Source of the DNA: Intoshia linei
Taxonomy: Eukaryota > Animalia > Orthonectida
Assembly: GCA_001642005.1 (NCBI GenBank)
Contig: LWCA01000024.1
Location: forward strand, 1-64,000
Direction: 5' to 3'
DNA: 64,000 nt
The notes beneath the pieces are model-generated. The model was given only the letters and a program-made list of their open reading frames with translations, did no database searches and had not been told where the DNA came from. The number at the start of each line of letters is the position of its first letter. Within the stretch, counting starts at the first letter, position 1. The position numbers and the translations under genes were made by a program. This document shows positions 9,115-20,434 of this stretch, piece by piece.

Positions 9115-12100
9115 TTACATGGGTAATAAATATTCATTATCGGAAGTATCAGAATTTTGAGAATTATTTGAGTCAGATTTATTTGATTTATCCAATAATT
9201 GATTGGAATCACAATTATTTTGAGGTTCAAGATAAACAATATCATAATCCTTGTGAGAATAATTTGATAACTCATCATTCAGATTTGGGTTTGATAATGA
9301 AATCATGTTCATGTCATTTGCATTTGGTTTAAAAACTTCATTTTGAGATTTAACATGACATTTCAATGAAGGGCTGGTATTTATAGTAGATAAGGACGGT
9401 TTAGTATCAAATGGTGAAGTCATATAACGGTAGCTCTTTTTGTCAGATTCATTTTTTGTGGCATCTCTAGTTATTTTATCATCCAGTGCCTTTTCAAGGG
9501 TATCCAACTTTACATTTTTATTGTTTCGTAAAGGTTTTTTAGGTTTAACTTGATTTATGAGTAAAGCCATATAATCATCAGCTTCCATTACATCATCATC
9601 AATGTTTTCAGGTGAAAAAAAATCAATTTTGGTATCAACTTCAATACGTAAAAATTTGGTTGGATCATTTTGCATATCTTCGAAACATTCTTTTAAAAAG
9701 GTAAAAGGGGGACGCGATTGAGCATCTGTTATCCAACAACGAATCATAATCAAATAAACATCGAGTGAAGCAATATCAGGTTGTGGTAACCGTTCTCCAA
9801 GATTTAATCTTGAATAAATTTGTTTTGGTTTCATTTCGTTATAAGGAATTTTACCAAAGGTTAACATTTCCCAAATGGTTACTCCAAAACTCCAGACATC
9901 AGATTTCTGAGAAAATTCTCCTTTTTTCAAAGATTCCGGTGCTAGCCATCTGATTGGTAATCTTTCCTTTTCTTCAGCCTGAATAATTCCTTCAGAAACA
10001 CTATCACTATGATTATTTGAATAGTTTCTACGATTATCTGGTGTTTTTCTAAATGATAAAAACTTTGGGAGTTTTCTTAAACTTTTTGACCGTTTAGGTT
10101 CTGGGGCTGATTCTTGACGTCTAACTGGTCGACTTGCCATTAATTTCGATAAACCAAAATCAGTTATACATATTTTTCCTGTGTTGTGTAATAAAATATT
10201 CCTTGCAGCTAAATCCCGATGAATTATGTTTTTAGAATGTAAATAGTTCATTCCATCTGAAATTTGTATTGCCCATTTAATTAAAATTTCTGCGTTTATA
10301 CTGTCTCGTTTTTTTTTTAAAAAATTTAAAAGACACCCGGTGGACATTAATTGAGTTATTAAAATTACTTGTTCCCTGATTAACACACCTAGCAAGGAAA
10401 GTACGTAATTATGTCGTACAGATGCCATTATGTGAATTTCATCTATGGTTTGCGGTATATCATCTGAATTTTGTAAAACTTTTGCTGCTACAGGAATTCT
10501 TATTTTTTCATTTTTTGGTTTCCAGATGCATTGATAAACGGTACCAAAAGCACCAGTACCAATTTTTTGTCCCATTTCCAATTCATTTTCCGTTATAACT
10601 CGTAGTTTTGTCATGTCCGCTACTCCGCCTTCATTAGACGATTTTGATGTACTCAAAAGTTTTTTGATTACTTTTTTGTCGTCCAATTCCATTGTAAACA
10701 TTTTTTTCCTTTTCTTACGTTTTTTACGTTTAATGTAAAAAAATATTAAACCTATGGTTATGGCGACCAAGAAAAGTACAACTATAGAAGACGTTATTGA
10801 ACCGACGTCTTTGGAACTCCAAATTATTATTGTTGTGTCGTTTATGCAAAATTTAAAATTGTTACTTTTGAAAGACTTACCTTTACAAAATGTGGAACAG
10901 TTGACGCGAGAATTGTTAGACTCAATTTTTGAAATGCTCGTGTATACAACTGCTGTTTCTTCATTTTTTACAGTGTAAAAATATTTGCATCTTGTACAGT
11001 TGAACATTGATTGCCCATTACAAGATTTACAAGTATTGTGGCAGGGTTTACAATACTTTAAACCTTTTATTATGTATACAAAGTGATTGTGTGGGCAGCT
11101 ATTAACGCATTGTTTTGATTCAAACATTTTAAAATATTTGCAAATGGTACATCCCATATAATCGCATTCTTTACATTCATTGGAACACTCTATACAAGCC
11201 TTTTGACCGCTTACGTTAGTAATTAATAAATATCCACTAGGGCATGTGGATGTGTCTTTCGATAAACATTCAATTTCTGTCAAAGTTTCATTATTGGATG
11301 TTATTTTAGTAATTTTTTCAATGTAGCATTCTTTACATCCACCAGTTAATAAAGTGTTGGAAGTACCAGTGCAACCATTTTTACAGTACGTGTGACAATG
11401 TTGGCATATTGTCTCACTGCCGATTGCCGTTGGAAATGTATTAGTCGAGCATTTTTGAATGCATTCATTTTGGTATTTAACATTTTTGCAAATTTTACAC
11501 TGAGTATTAGATCCACCAGTACACCCCCGCCCGTCTTTACACTCTGAATTACACTTTCCGCACATTGTACCGTCGGTTGGCGTGTAATAATTCATGTAAT
11601 TTTCACAATTAATTGTACATTCACCGATGGGAGTTATATAATTCTTGCATTTCAAACACTGATCAGATGTTTTACCGAAACATCCTTTTGAATCACACTC
11701 ATGGTAACAAACTTGATGTAACCTTTTACATTTTGATGTGCTTATATTATTATTTAAATAAACCATACCGTTGGTCATCAACATGCTTCTCCAGTCTATA
11801 GTTTCTATAAAACAAAGATTAGGGTTTTGGTAAATGCAAACGTTTCCTTGGTGTATTTTTTTAAGAGATTTCATGCCTAATGATTCTAAATTGGTTCTAA
11901 CTATATATATAGAACAATTTCTTAAAATTGTCGAATGACCGTATATTGATTGTAAGTTTTGCAAAAATCTTATGGATTTATATTTACCAAATAATTGTAA
12001 GTGAATATAAAGATATCCGGAAATAATTTTAATATTTTCCAACGGTTTAAACAATTCTGTAGTAATTTCTTCATCTTTTAATACCACAACACCACTGGAT

Positions 12101-13353
12101 AGTTTTTTAATTCCATCTGAAGTAATTACAATATTTTTTGTAATTACTGTACAATTTTCATATTTTGGAAGATTATCATAGTGCATAGAGTCATATTCCC
12201 CATTACCATCACAGGATTTTTCGCAAAGTGGTAAATTGTTTGATTTATCTATGGAACAATTTAAACACACTCCATCAACGTTTGTAGTGCTTTTAGGACA
12301 CGTTCTAACACAATTTGTTTTATAATGAACCATATTATGTGGACAAGTCAATACACATACTGATGAATATAATAAATAGTATTTTCCAATCGGATTATCA
12401 ACACTTTCACCATATTGTGTAATTTCATGAGATGGACATTGACTAGTACAAATATTATTGAATGATACATTTTTACACAGAAAACAATCCTTAGCTGACG
12501 TTCCAGTACACCCTCCAATACACTCATCGCTACAACAGGTACCATTATTCATGCAAATTCCAGGGCATAACTTGCATTTCGTAGTAGATTTGAAGCAATC
12601 ATGTTCTAAATCACCCCAACAATAATTTATTTCTTTACATTTCTCATGACATTTTTCGCTTTGTTTTAAATTTTTGTTTACTATATTGATTGATTCATTA
12701 TCTTTTATTGAAACAATGTTAAATGTTGGATCGTCAATTTGATCAGAAAAAAAATTTTCCGACTTTTTGCTTAATAAACTAGTCCATCCAATTTTATGTT
12801 CCCAGTGTCCAATCATACTATCAGACACTTTTACATTTCCGCCAATATACAATATTTTAGGCATTGTTATTATCATTCGTTTTCGGTTAACCATTAAAGA
12901 ATTATATCCACTATTTGACACGTAAATGGCATTAGAATCATAAAGATAGTTTCCTCTTATCGCTACAAGATTTGACAGGTTTATACGTAAGACATTAACA
13001 AATCGTATAGATAAATATCCTTTAATTTCAATTAAACTGCTCAAATAATTAATGGTACCGTTTACATTTGTTACATTTATCAACTCTACATTTCCATTGA
13101 CTGAAATACAGTTGATCCAGAGTTTTTTATAATAATTGTAGTTATCATCATCGTAAATGTAAGCATTTCCATTTGATGTGCCAGCACAATTTTCTCTAAT
13201 GTTTATGTTTGTTGAATGGAGTATTCTTTTTGATGCTTTTTCATTATGATTAATTTCATTAATTCGTTTATTTTGTAGACTTTTTTCGGTTAAATTATTT
13301 GAATTAATCATTGCTTCACAAATTAGAAAAAATATCATAAAAACCGAATCCAT
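9115..13353 (-). CDS. EGFR: EGFR/ErbB receptor tyrosine kinase, single exon, ~1412 aa
   Basis: First ATG at 13353 with signal peptide MDSVFMIFFLICEA. L1 domain, furin-like Cys-rich region, L2 (NPNLCFIETIDW), extended Cys-rich repeats, TM IVVLFLVAITIGLIFFYI, basic juxtamembrane, kinase GTGAFGTVY / IPVAAK / HRDLAARN / DFG / PIRWLAPE / SDVWSFGVTIWE, and a Tyr-bearing tail. Confidence 0.96.
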   Translation of the reverse strand: MDSVFMIFFLICEAMINSNNLTEKSLQNKRINEINHNEKASKRILHSTNINIRENCAGTSNGNAYIYDDDNYNYYKKLWINCISVNGNVELINVTNVNGTINYLSSLIEIKGYLSIRFVNVLRINLSNLVAIRGNYLYDSNAIYVSNSGYNSLMVNRKRMIITMPKILYIGGNVKVSDSMIGHWEHKIGWTSLLSKKSENFFSDQIDDPTFNIVSIKDNESINIVNKNLKQSEKCHEKCKEINYCWGDLEHDCFKSTTKCKLCPGICMNNGTCCSDECIGGCTGTSAKDCFLCKNVSFNNICTSQCPSHEITQYGESVDNPIGKYYLLYSSVCVLTCPHNMVHYKTNCVRTCPKSTTNVDGVCLNCSIDKSNNLPLCEKSCDGNGEYDSMHYDNLPKYENCTVITKNIVITSDGIKKLSSGVVVLKDEEITTELFKPLENIKIISGYLYIHLQLFGKYKSIRFLQNLQSIYGHSTILRNCSIYIVRTNLESLGMKSLKKIHQGNVCIYQNPNLCFIETIDWRSMLMTNGMVYLNNNISTSKCKRLHQVCYHECDSKGCFGKTSDQCLKCKNYITPIGECTINCENYMNYYTPTDGTMCGKCNSECKDGRGCTGGSNTQCKICKNVKYQNECIQKCSTNTFPTAIGSETICQHCHTYCKNGCTGTSNTLLTGGCKECYIEKITKITSNNETLTEIECLSKDTSTCPSGYLLITNVSGQKACIECSNECKECDYMGCTICKYFKMFESKQCVNSCPHNHFVYIIKGLKYCKPCHNTCKSCNGQSMFNCTRCKYFYTVKNEETAVVYTSISKIESNNSRVNCSTFCKGKSFKSNNFKFCINDTTIIIWSSKDVGSITSSIVVLFLVAITIGLIFFYIKRKKRKKRKKMFTMELDDKKVIKKLLSTSKSSNEGGVADMTKLRVITENELEMGQKIGTGAFGTVYQCIWKPKNEKIRIPVAAKVLQNSDDIPQTIDEIHIMASVRHNYVLSLLGVLIREQVILITQLMSTGCLLNFLKKKRDSINAEILIKWAIQISDGMNYLHSKNIIHRDLAARNILLHNTGKICITDFGLSKLMASRPVRRQESAPEPKRSKSLRKLPKFLSFRKTPDNRRNYSNNHSDSVSEGIIQAEEKERLPIRWLAPESLKKGEFSQKSDVWSFGVTIWEMLTFGKIPYNEMKPKQIYSRLNLGERLPQPDIASLDVYLIMIRCWITDAQSRPPFTFLKECFEDMQNDPTKFLRIEVDTKIDFFSPENIDDDVMEADDYMALLINQVKPKKPLRNNKNVKLDTLEKALDDKITRDATKNESDKKSYRYMTSPFDTKPSLSTINTSPSLKCHVKSQNEVFKPNANDMNMISLSNPNLNDELSNYSHKDYDIVYLEPQNNCDSNQLLDKSNKSDSNNSQNSDTSDNEYLLPM

Positions 13354-15229
13354 TAATATTTGTTTAAACAATAAATTGGGTTAATTATCAACATGTGCAT
13401 TATTCCACAAGACTGTGGCACGAATCAATAGTTTACTTCCCTTATTTATATATTTCATGGACTATGGATACTTAGGTGTGTATTTTGTTTAGACAATTTT
13501 AAAATGGAACGAATCCGTGATAACACTATTTATGTTAATATTGTTGATATTTTATCAATTGTTATGTAATAACATTTGTTTATTAACTATATTTTTTAAT
13601 GCAGTTTATTTGTAACTTGGATTTATAAATTTAATAATTTCTTGTATTTTTATAGTTTAATTTGATGGGAATACATATTCAATTGGGAATAATGTATTGG
13701 CATATGGAATATTTTTAATTTAGAGTGATGATTAAGTTTTCGTGATATTAATGAGTTTTATTCAATTGAATTACATTCAAATAATTCATTTTAAAATTCT
13801 TAACGTATTTATGAGACAAAACAAATAATGAATAGATACATTATTTCAACAAATCAAATACATAATAAATTATATATAAATTAAATACAAATTAATTAAT
13901 TATTAATTATCCACAATTACATCTGAACGTCACGTTTTGATTGAGACTTATTATGGTTTGCAAGATAGACAGATTATTACTATTAGATTATTTATATTAG
14001 ATTAGTTTATATACAAAATAGAAAACAGATGAGTTTATACAGTATAATAACGATGTATTCAATGCTATAATTTCTATACAAAAGTGTATCAATTGTAATT
14101 CTTTTTATGTGTAATCTTGTAAAAAATCATGCTAAATAATATAATTATAAATAAGATTGATAATTGGTCATAAGAAACTAAAGTGTTAAATATAACTGAT
14201 TTCTAATTTATAAGTGGTCAATTTAAATAAACTACATGGAGTTCACTCTCAAAAGTGACCCCTTGTTTACAACAACTAGTCACTATTGGAAAGTTGCTTT
14301 AAAATGTTTTCATTAAATTTGAATTATAAGAATTCAATGGTAATTATGATAATAATAAATAATTATGATCATTATAATATTATGAGACATAAAAATGGGA
14401 TTACATTAATGATACATGAATTTAAAATTTAAATAGTTTATAAACTCATAACTCGGCGTTTCCCAAATGTCGGTCTGTGAAATAATTTTGAAAAATTTTT
14501 TACTTGTAATTACAAGTCAATATACATCCATGTATTATGTTTTCGATAAAATTTTTTTTAATTTTGCCTAGTAATTTCACTTTAAATATTCGTGATAAAT
14601 TTTATAATTTATTACCTCTCCGCCGTCAAAAAAGTGTTGAAGCCCTGGTTTAACTGTTAATGGGGATTTATGGTCAGCTATACTTATACATTTTATGTAT
14701 AAAGTAATTTAGCTAAAAATGTATGTATATATTTGTTTGTTCCAGTTTTATTAAATGAAGTAAGAGGCGTAGAGTTTTAACAATACCACTTTCTAATACA
14801 ATTTTACGTTTATTGGGTTTTATAACAAATTTAATTTCCAAAAATTAAGTCCTTCAAGGTCAAAAACCATAATCTTCTGCAATTTAAGGTATTACCTGAT
14901 TACCCGAGTGTGCTCTTTATCATATTAAAAAATTAAATCTGGGGAGGCGTCCTGGAAAATTGATATGTATGGAGCATGCCAGTTTTTTCCTGGTTCTCAT
15001 TAGAAATTCGTGTTTAAAAGTATGGGATTATGTTCAACATTATCGAAATATTAGTTAGCTATTTATTATATGTAACCCTAATATACTGATTAATAATGTT
15101 AAAATTGTAATTATGAATAAGTAAATCATGAAAAACTATAAAAAAAAAAATATGTGTAAAAAATTGTTATAAAAATCAAAATTAATATCATAACGCGGGT
15201 CGCATAACTTATATGTTATATTTCTATTT

Positions 15230-16110
15230 TCCTTACTTATATAATATGCTACGGCATATTTGTTTGTGTGTCAGTGTGTTCCCGTTTATTTCAATAACTA
15301 CCAGTCTTAGAATTTTATAAAGTCCACATTTCAATTCGTTTATTTCAATAACTACCAGTCTTAGAATTTTATAAAGTCCACATTTCAATTATAGTTTTTT
15401 CCGGAGGTGTTAGCAAAATTAATTTCAATCTCACAAACTCAAATCTTACGGGTCAAAAACCCCAATTGTGTTTTTTTTTTGAAAATCAAACGAGTTTGAG
15501 AATTTAAAAAAATATATACTTTGATACGAATTTTAAAATCATAAATATTACCATATATTTAAATTTAAAAAAAATATATCTTCAGGGCCAAAACACCAAA
15601 TTACCCTTTTTTTTTAATGAAAACAGCCCTAGAATTAATATAATTACAGGTGCTACAGTTGTATCCTGTTAACACAAAAAAAATGTCAATGTGAATAAGT
15701 GACGCCTTCATGGTCAAAAAAGCATTTTGGTTTTCATATATTTTTTTTATGAAATATTTTATTAAAACAAAAAATGTGAAATAATTAACGGTCCTAAAAT
15801 TAAAAATAAATATTATTCTGATAGAGCTTATTCCAGTTGATATAAATAGAAAAGTTCAACCAGAGAAATCTTCGCATTCCCAATGAAAAATAATTTTTAA
15901 TATATTATCAACTAATATTTTTTTAATATTTCGATTAAAATAAAAATTGAAAATGTAAATATTGATTCTACAATTTCAAAAAAAAATGCGAATTAAACGT
16001 CTACACACTTCCAATAAAGAAATATGGATGAAAATCTATATAATTCATTCCTTTGCAATTTTTTTCATTGCTATGCAATTTATAAATTTCAAATTCTCAT
16101 TTCAAATCAA
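15230..16110 (+). mobile_element. Non-autonomous Helitron-like repeat, 5' part
   Basis: Starts TCCTTACTTATATAATATGCTAC followed by a GT/GTTT microsatellite. Nearly identical to 34118-34800 and to the reverse complement of 38800-39589. Contains a ~53-nt internal tandem duplication at ~15283-15390. Confidence 0.7.
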
Positions 16111-16720
16111 TGAGACAGGTATTTATGTATAGTTATGTAATTTTATATTAGCAATATAATTACATTCATTATTGTGTAATTAAAATAAAATTTTGATTTT
16201 GATTTGTGGGCATCTAATTTTTTTAAATTTAGATAATTTTGTATAAGGGGAGTGCATTCATTGTAATAAAAGTGCGATTTTTTACTGAAATTTGTACAAT
16301 CTTTTAAATCTTTCAAATTATTGTGTTTTGCAACTTTCGGCTGCTAAATAGATTATTTAAATGTAAATTTACACGTAATGATATACATAAAAGTAAATTA
16401 TGGAATATTTCTTTGTTACAAGAGTAATCAAAAACTATTAAACCCACTATTATGAAAATGCTCTTTCACATGACTATGTTCGGTTTTAACTCTTACGAGA
16501 TTATGCTAATTTTCAAAATAGAATTAAAAAAATTTAAATTATATCAAATACATTAGTTCTTTATAATAAATAAGAACTAGCAATTGGCCCAACGATCAAA
16601 ACGACCGATAAAATTAAAGTTAAATTGTATCTAATACTTTTAAATAGATTTAAGATTAAATATATTGGGGAATATTATACATAAACTATGATAGCACCAT
16701 ATACATTGTATAATGTATAT

Positions 16721-17054
16721 CAAGGGTTCTCCACCTATTTTTAGAATCGCCCACTTAAGCCCATTATTCACACATATTTAAAGATAAATTATTACATTTA
16801 TAAAATTTATTATATTGTTTATTATTAACAATATAAAAAATTTAATTTTAAATATACTCTGAAATATCGATTAATTCATAAATTAACTATACGAATATAG
16901 TCTTAATTTTAAGATTTTGACAACTATATTTTATAATTTATTAACTCTTTTTAGAGATTATTTTTGATTTATTTTTGTTATTAATAAAAAAATTTTTAGA
17001 TTAGGTATTTTGTGAAATAAAATAAAAAAATCCTCACACCGTTGAAAATCCCTG
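16721..17054. mobile_element. hAT-type MITE with 8-bp TSD
   Basis: Imperfect TIRs CAAGGGTTCTCCAC / GTTGAAAATCCCTG, flanked by identical ATGTATAT (16713-16720 and 17055-17062). Confidence 0.8.
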
Positions 17055-17089
17055 ATGTATATTATAAATATGTATTCTTATATTATATT

Positions 17090-18808
17090 AATATTTAAAG
17101 TGTAATACATTGTATATCATATTATTTACTTTGTTATTTAAATTTGTCTTTTGTACCTTTTTCTTGCTATTTTCTAGTGGAGGATTTCCCAATGATTCCA
17201 GTAATTTCATCGTATTTCTGATATTAAATTTATCTGAAAATTGATTTACATTAATTAATTTACTTTCCCCACATTTAATACACTAGACAAAACTTAATAT
17301 TACAATAATAAAAATATTACAGTATTTAAACTTACATATATATATTGTATATATAAACAGATTTGTAGCAATAAAAAACCTTCTGCTGTAGTTATATTTA
17401 CATTCTTTACATTATATGGCATCAATTTTGAAATTTTGTCCAATTCTAACCTTGTAGAGTGTTTGTGAACACCTAAATGTTAAATATGAAATTTTCCAGA
17501 AGTTATTAATGTATAAATGTTACCAAAAAACATTAAATCGATTAGATTAAAGATAGTGATTCTAGTTTCATCTTTCTGGATTAGAGGATGTTGTATATGT
17601 GTCATATTAAAAAATATTTCATGAATAACTTGAGGTAAACATTTTTCGTATAACTATAAAAGACAAGAAAAAAGACAATAATTTATTAAAATTTTTTTAA
17701 AATGTGTGAAAATTACATCAAAAAATTTTTTGTTAATATTTATATTAACACATGTTAATAATGCTGCATAACTGTCTGAGATTCTATTAAAAAGTAAATT
17801 CATGTTCATCAAAGCTTTTTCATAGCCACTGTTAGCGGCATATGTCTAAATTTATTTTTAAAACAAATTAAATCGTTTCTGATATTCCAATTAACCAGTA
17901 AATTCTTCAAAATATATTTATATGATTTAATGTAGTGTTCAAAAAAGTTTGCTCGTCATTGGCGTAATGCATAAAAATATATAACAGCATTTAGCTAAAA
18001 AAGAAATAAAAGCAAACAGATTCAAAATACGGCACCCTAATGTATTCCATACAGTATATTAAACATATAATTGTTGGAATTATAAATGGTTGATTGTACG
18101 ATTTGCATTACATTTTAATTTAAAATATTACTTTAAAAATTCTTAAATCCAACCACCAGAATAAATCATGAATTATGTATAGAGATGGCACTGACAGAAA
18201 TAATTGAATCCAATGTTTTCGAAATGAACTCTACTCTTTCATATATACAAATTTTATATATACAAATAAAAAATAATTAAAATTAAAAATTACGGTTATT
18301 TCGTTATTCTCAGATACTCCATATAAAATTTGACTCAATTCAATTTTTATTGGGATTTGAGTAATTTCGTTTTCATTAAATCCATTATATTTAATTTCTT
18401 TAAATTCTTTGTTGCTAATCTAATGATATTGAAGTATCAATAGGTTTAAAATGTAGTTTTAATTACTTTAAAATCTTCATTCTCATGAGGTGATGACACA
18501 AAATTGATGTCTAGAATTTTTTAAAAAAAATTGATTTGTTTAAATGGAGCAATAAACCTTTATCAAATTTTTCATGTTTTGATTCATACAATTTGTAAAT
18601 TTCACCACATACACCATAAAAATCTTTATTTATAGAATCAAGTTTGCTAATCAATTCATCTAGATGGTATTATTTAGTATAAAAATTTAAATTTAATATT
18701 TTTAATTTTATAATTAACATTTTTCTGATTACCCACAATTTTCTTGTGTTTATTCATTGTTTTTATTTCTATAGTTAAATTTTTAATTAGAGCATTTTTA
18801 TAATGCAT
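17090..18808 (-). CDS. FAM227: FAM227-family (FWWh domain) protein, multi-exon; both ends uncertain
   Basis: Spliced exons give FRKHWIQLFLSVPSLYIIHDLFWWLDLRIFK (~18230-18132), NLLFNRISDSYAALLT (~17800-17750) and YEKCLPQVIHEIF, matching the FAM227A/B pattern W..LFLS..S...HD.FWW / LFDRIS.SY / Y..CL.Q.I. Missed by the ORF track because the exons are short. Confidence 0.75.
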
Positions 18809-20434
18809 GGCAAAGGTATAACACGATATGATACACATTCAATAAATACTAATATAGTTATTAATAAAAAATTAAATGAAATTAAAAATTATAATTAATA
18901 ATTATTCAATATTTATAAATCATCATCATATCCTCCCATTAAACACTTTCAAAAACTTTGATATGTTATATTTAATTTTATGCTAACATATTGATTAAAA
19001 TCACAATTAATTCTTGAAAAGTGACCACTCGTTTGGCTTTGACTTGACATTTTAAATTTAAGACATAAAATCATGATATTTAAGAATATAATTTTTCCAA
19101 TGCTTAATTTCGAAAAATGATGTCTCTATTTACAAACATTTCAAATAAAAAACACGTGATATACATAATGATTATGTATATTTATGATAAATATTTTAAA
19201 ATTTAAAAGCTTCAAACAACAAATTCTATTTACATTAATTAAAAAAATGAATAACAGTAGAGTCGCAAGATAATGACCACATTAACGAGAAAATCCCACA
19301 AGATAATGTGTAATATAAATATATAAAACTGGAATTTGAGATAGATACATAGATAGACATACATCTGTACTCTAATGAGGACTTTTTTGTATTTTTAATA
19401 TTTAAAATTTTTAAAAGCAAAAATTAAATAATATCAAACAACTAATCTTAAAAAACCGGTATAGATCATAGATCACATCCTAGATCAGATAATATTAAAT
19501 AAATTTCATAATAAACAAATCAGTTATTTCTTTAAAATTTTTTGTATTACTCGTATCAGCATTTGATCTAGCCCTGCTAATCCACCGTGTCAAAATTATT
19601 GCCATTTATGCTTTAGTTATATGAAAATGAATATCTGTCTTAGTTTGATACTGCTTAACTAAAAAATTAAGAGTCTTATAAATTTAAGAATCCACTTTAT
19701 ATTAATATTAATTATAATTTTTTGACAGCAATGTTTTATCGCAAATTTAATTTTCAGATATTAAGTCCTTCAGAGACAAAAACCCAAATTACCTTTTTTA
19801 AAAAAAATTTGAAAAAACACAAATTTTTGGATATTTTTTAAAACTGTTAACAATATCGTTAATCTCAACCTAAGAAACTTACATCTTCATAGTCAAACCC
19901 CATTTTTTTGTGGGTTTTATGCACATTTTTTAGATATGATAAATATTTGCATATTTTTAGAAAATGGAATATATCACTAATTCCTCATGTACATGTATTA
20001 ATATTTTAAGAACCAAATTTAAATTATAAATAATAATCCAATTAACTAGAATTTTAACTGTAATTTAGGTTTATTACTTTTTTATGGCTATTTTCTAATC
20101 TACTTGTCAATTTTTTATTTTAACCTAAAATTCAATTATTCCGAGAAATTATTTTTATATAAAAATAAACATAATCTAAATTAAATAAAGCATAAATAAT
20201 TAATCGAGTATTTGTATCAGTGATTAAATTGAAAGTTTTGAAAATGTCGACTCAGTATCAATTTCATAGTTAATTGTATATTATAACAGTCATGAATACA
20301 ATTCAAAAGCATTTTTTTAATGTCAGAATTCTGCTAATAAATAAGAATTAGATCATTCCCAGTTTCAATTTTATTTGGTATAATTTCATTTCAATTTTCA
20401 ATCAATACATGATACATCGATCAATACGGTTAAC

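Noticed and set aside
9081-12545. Short ORFs overlapping EGFR (9081, 9765, 10754, 11613, 12348), and similar ones over the giant exon and SMC3
   Set aside because: Antisense or alternative-frame shadows of long coding regions with no recognisable motifs.
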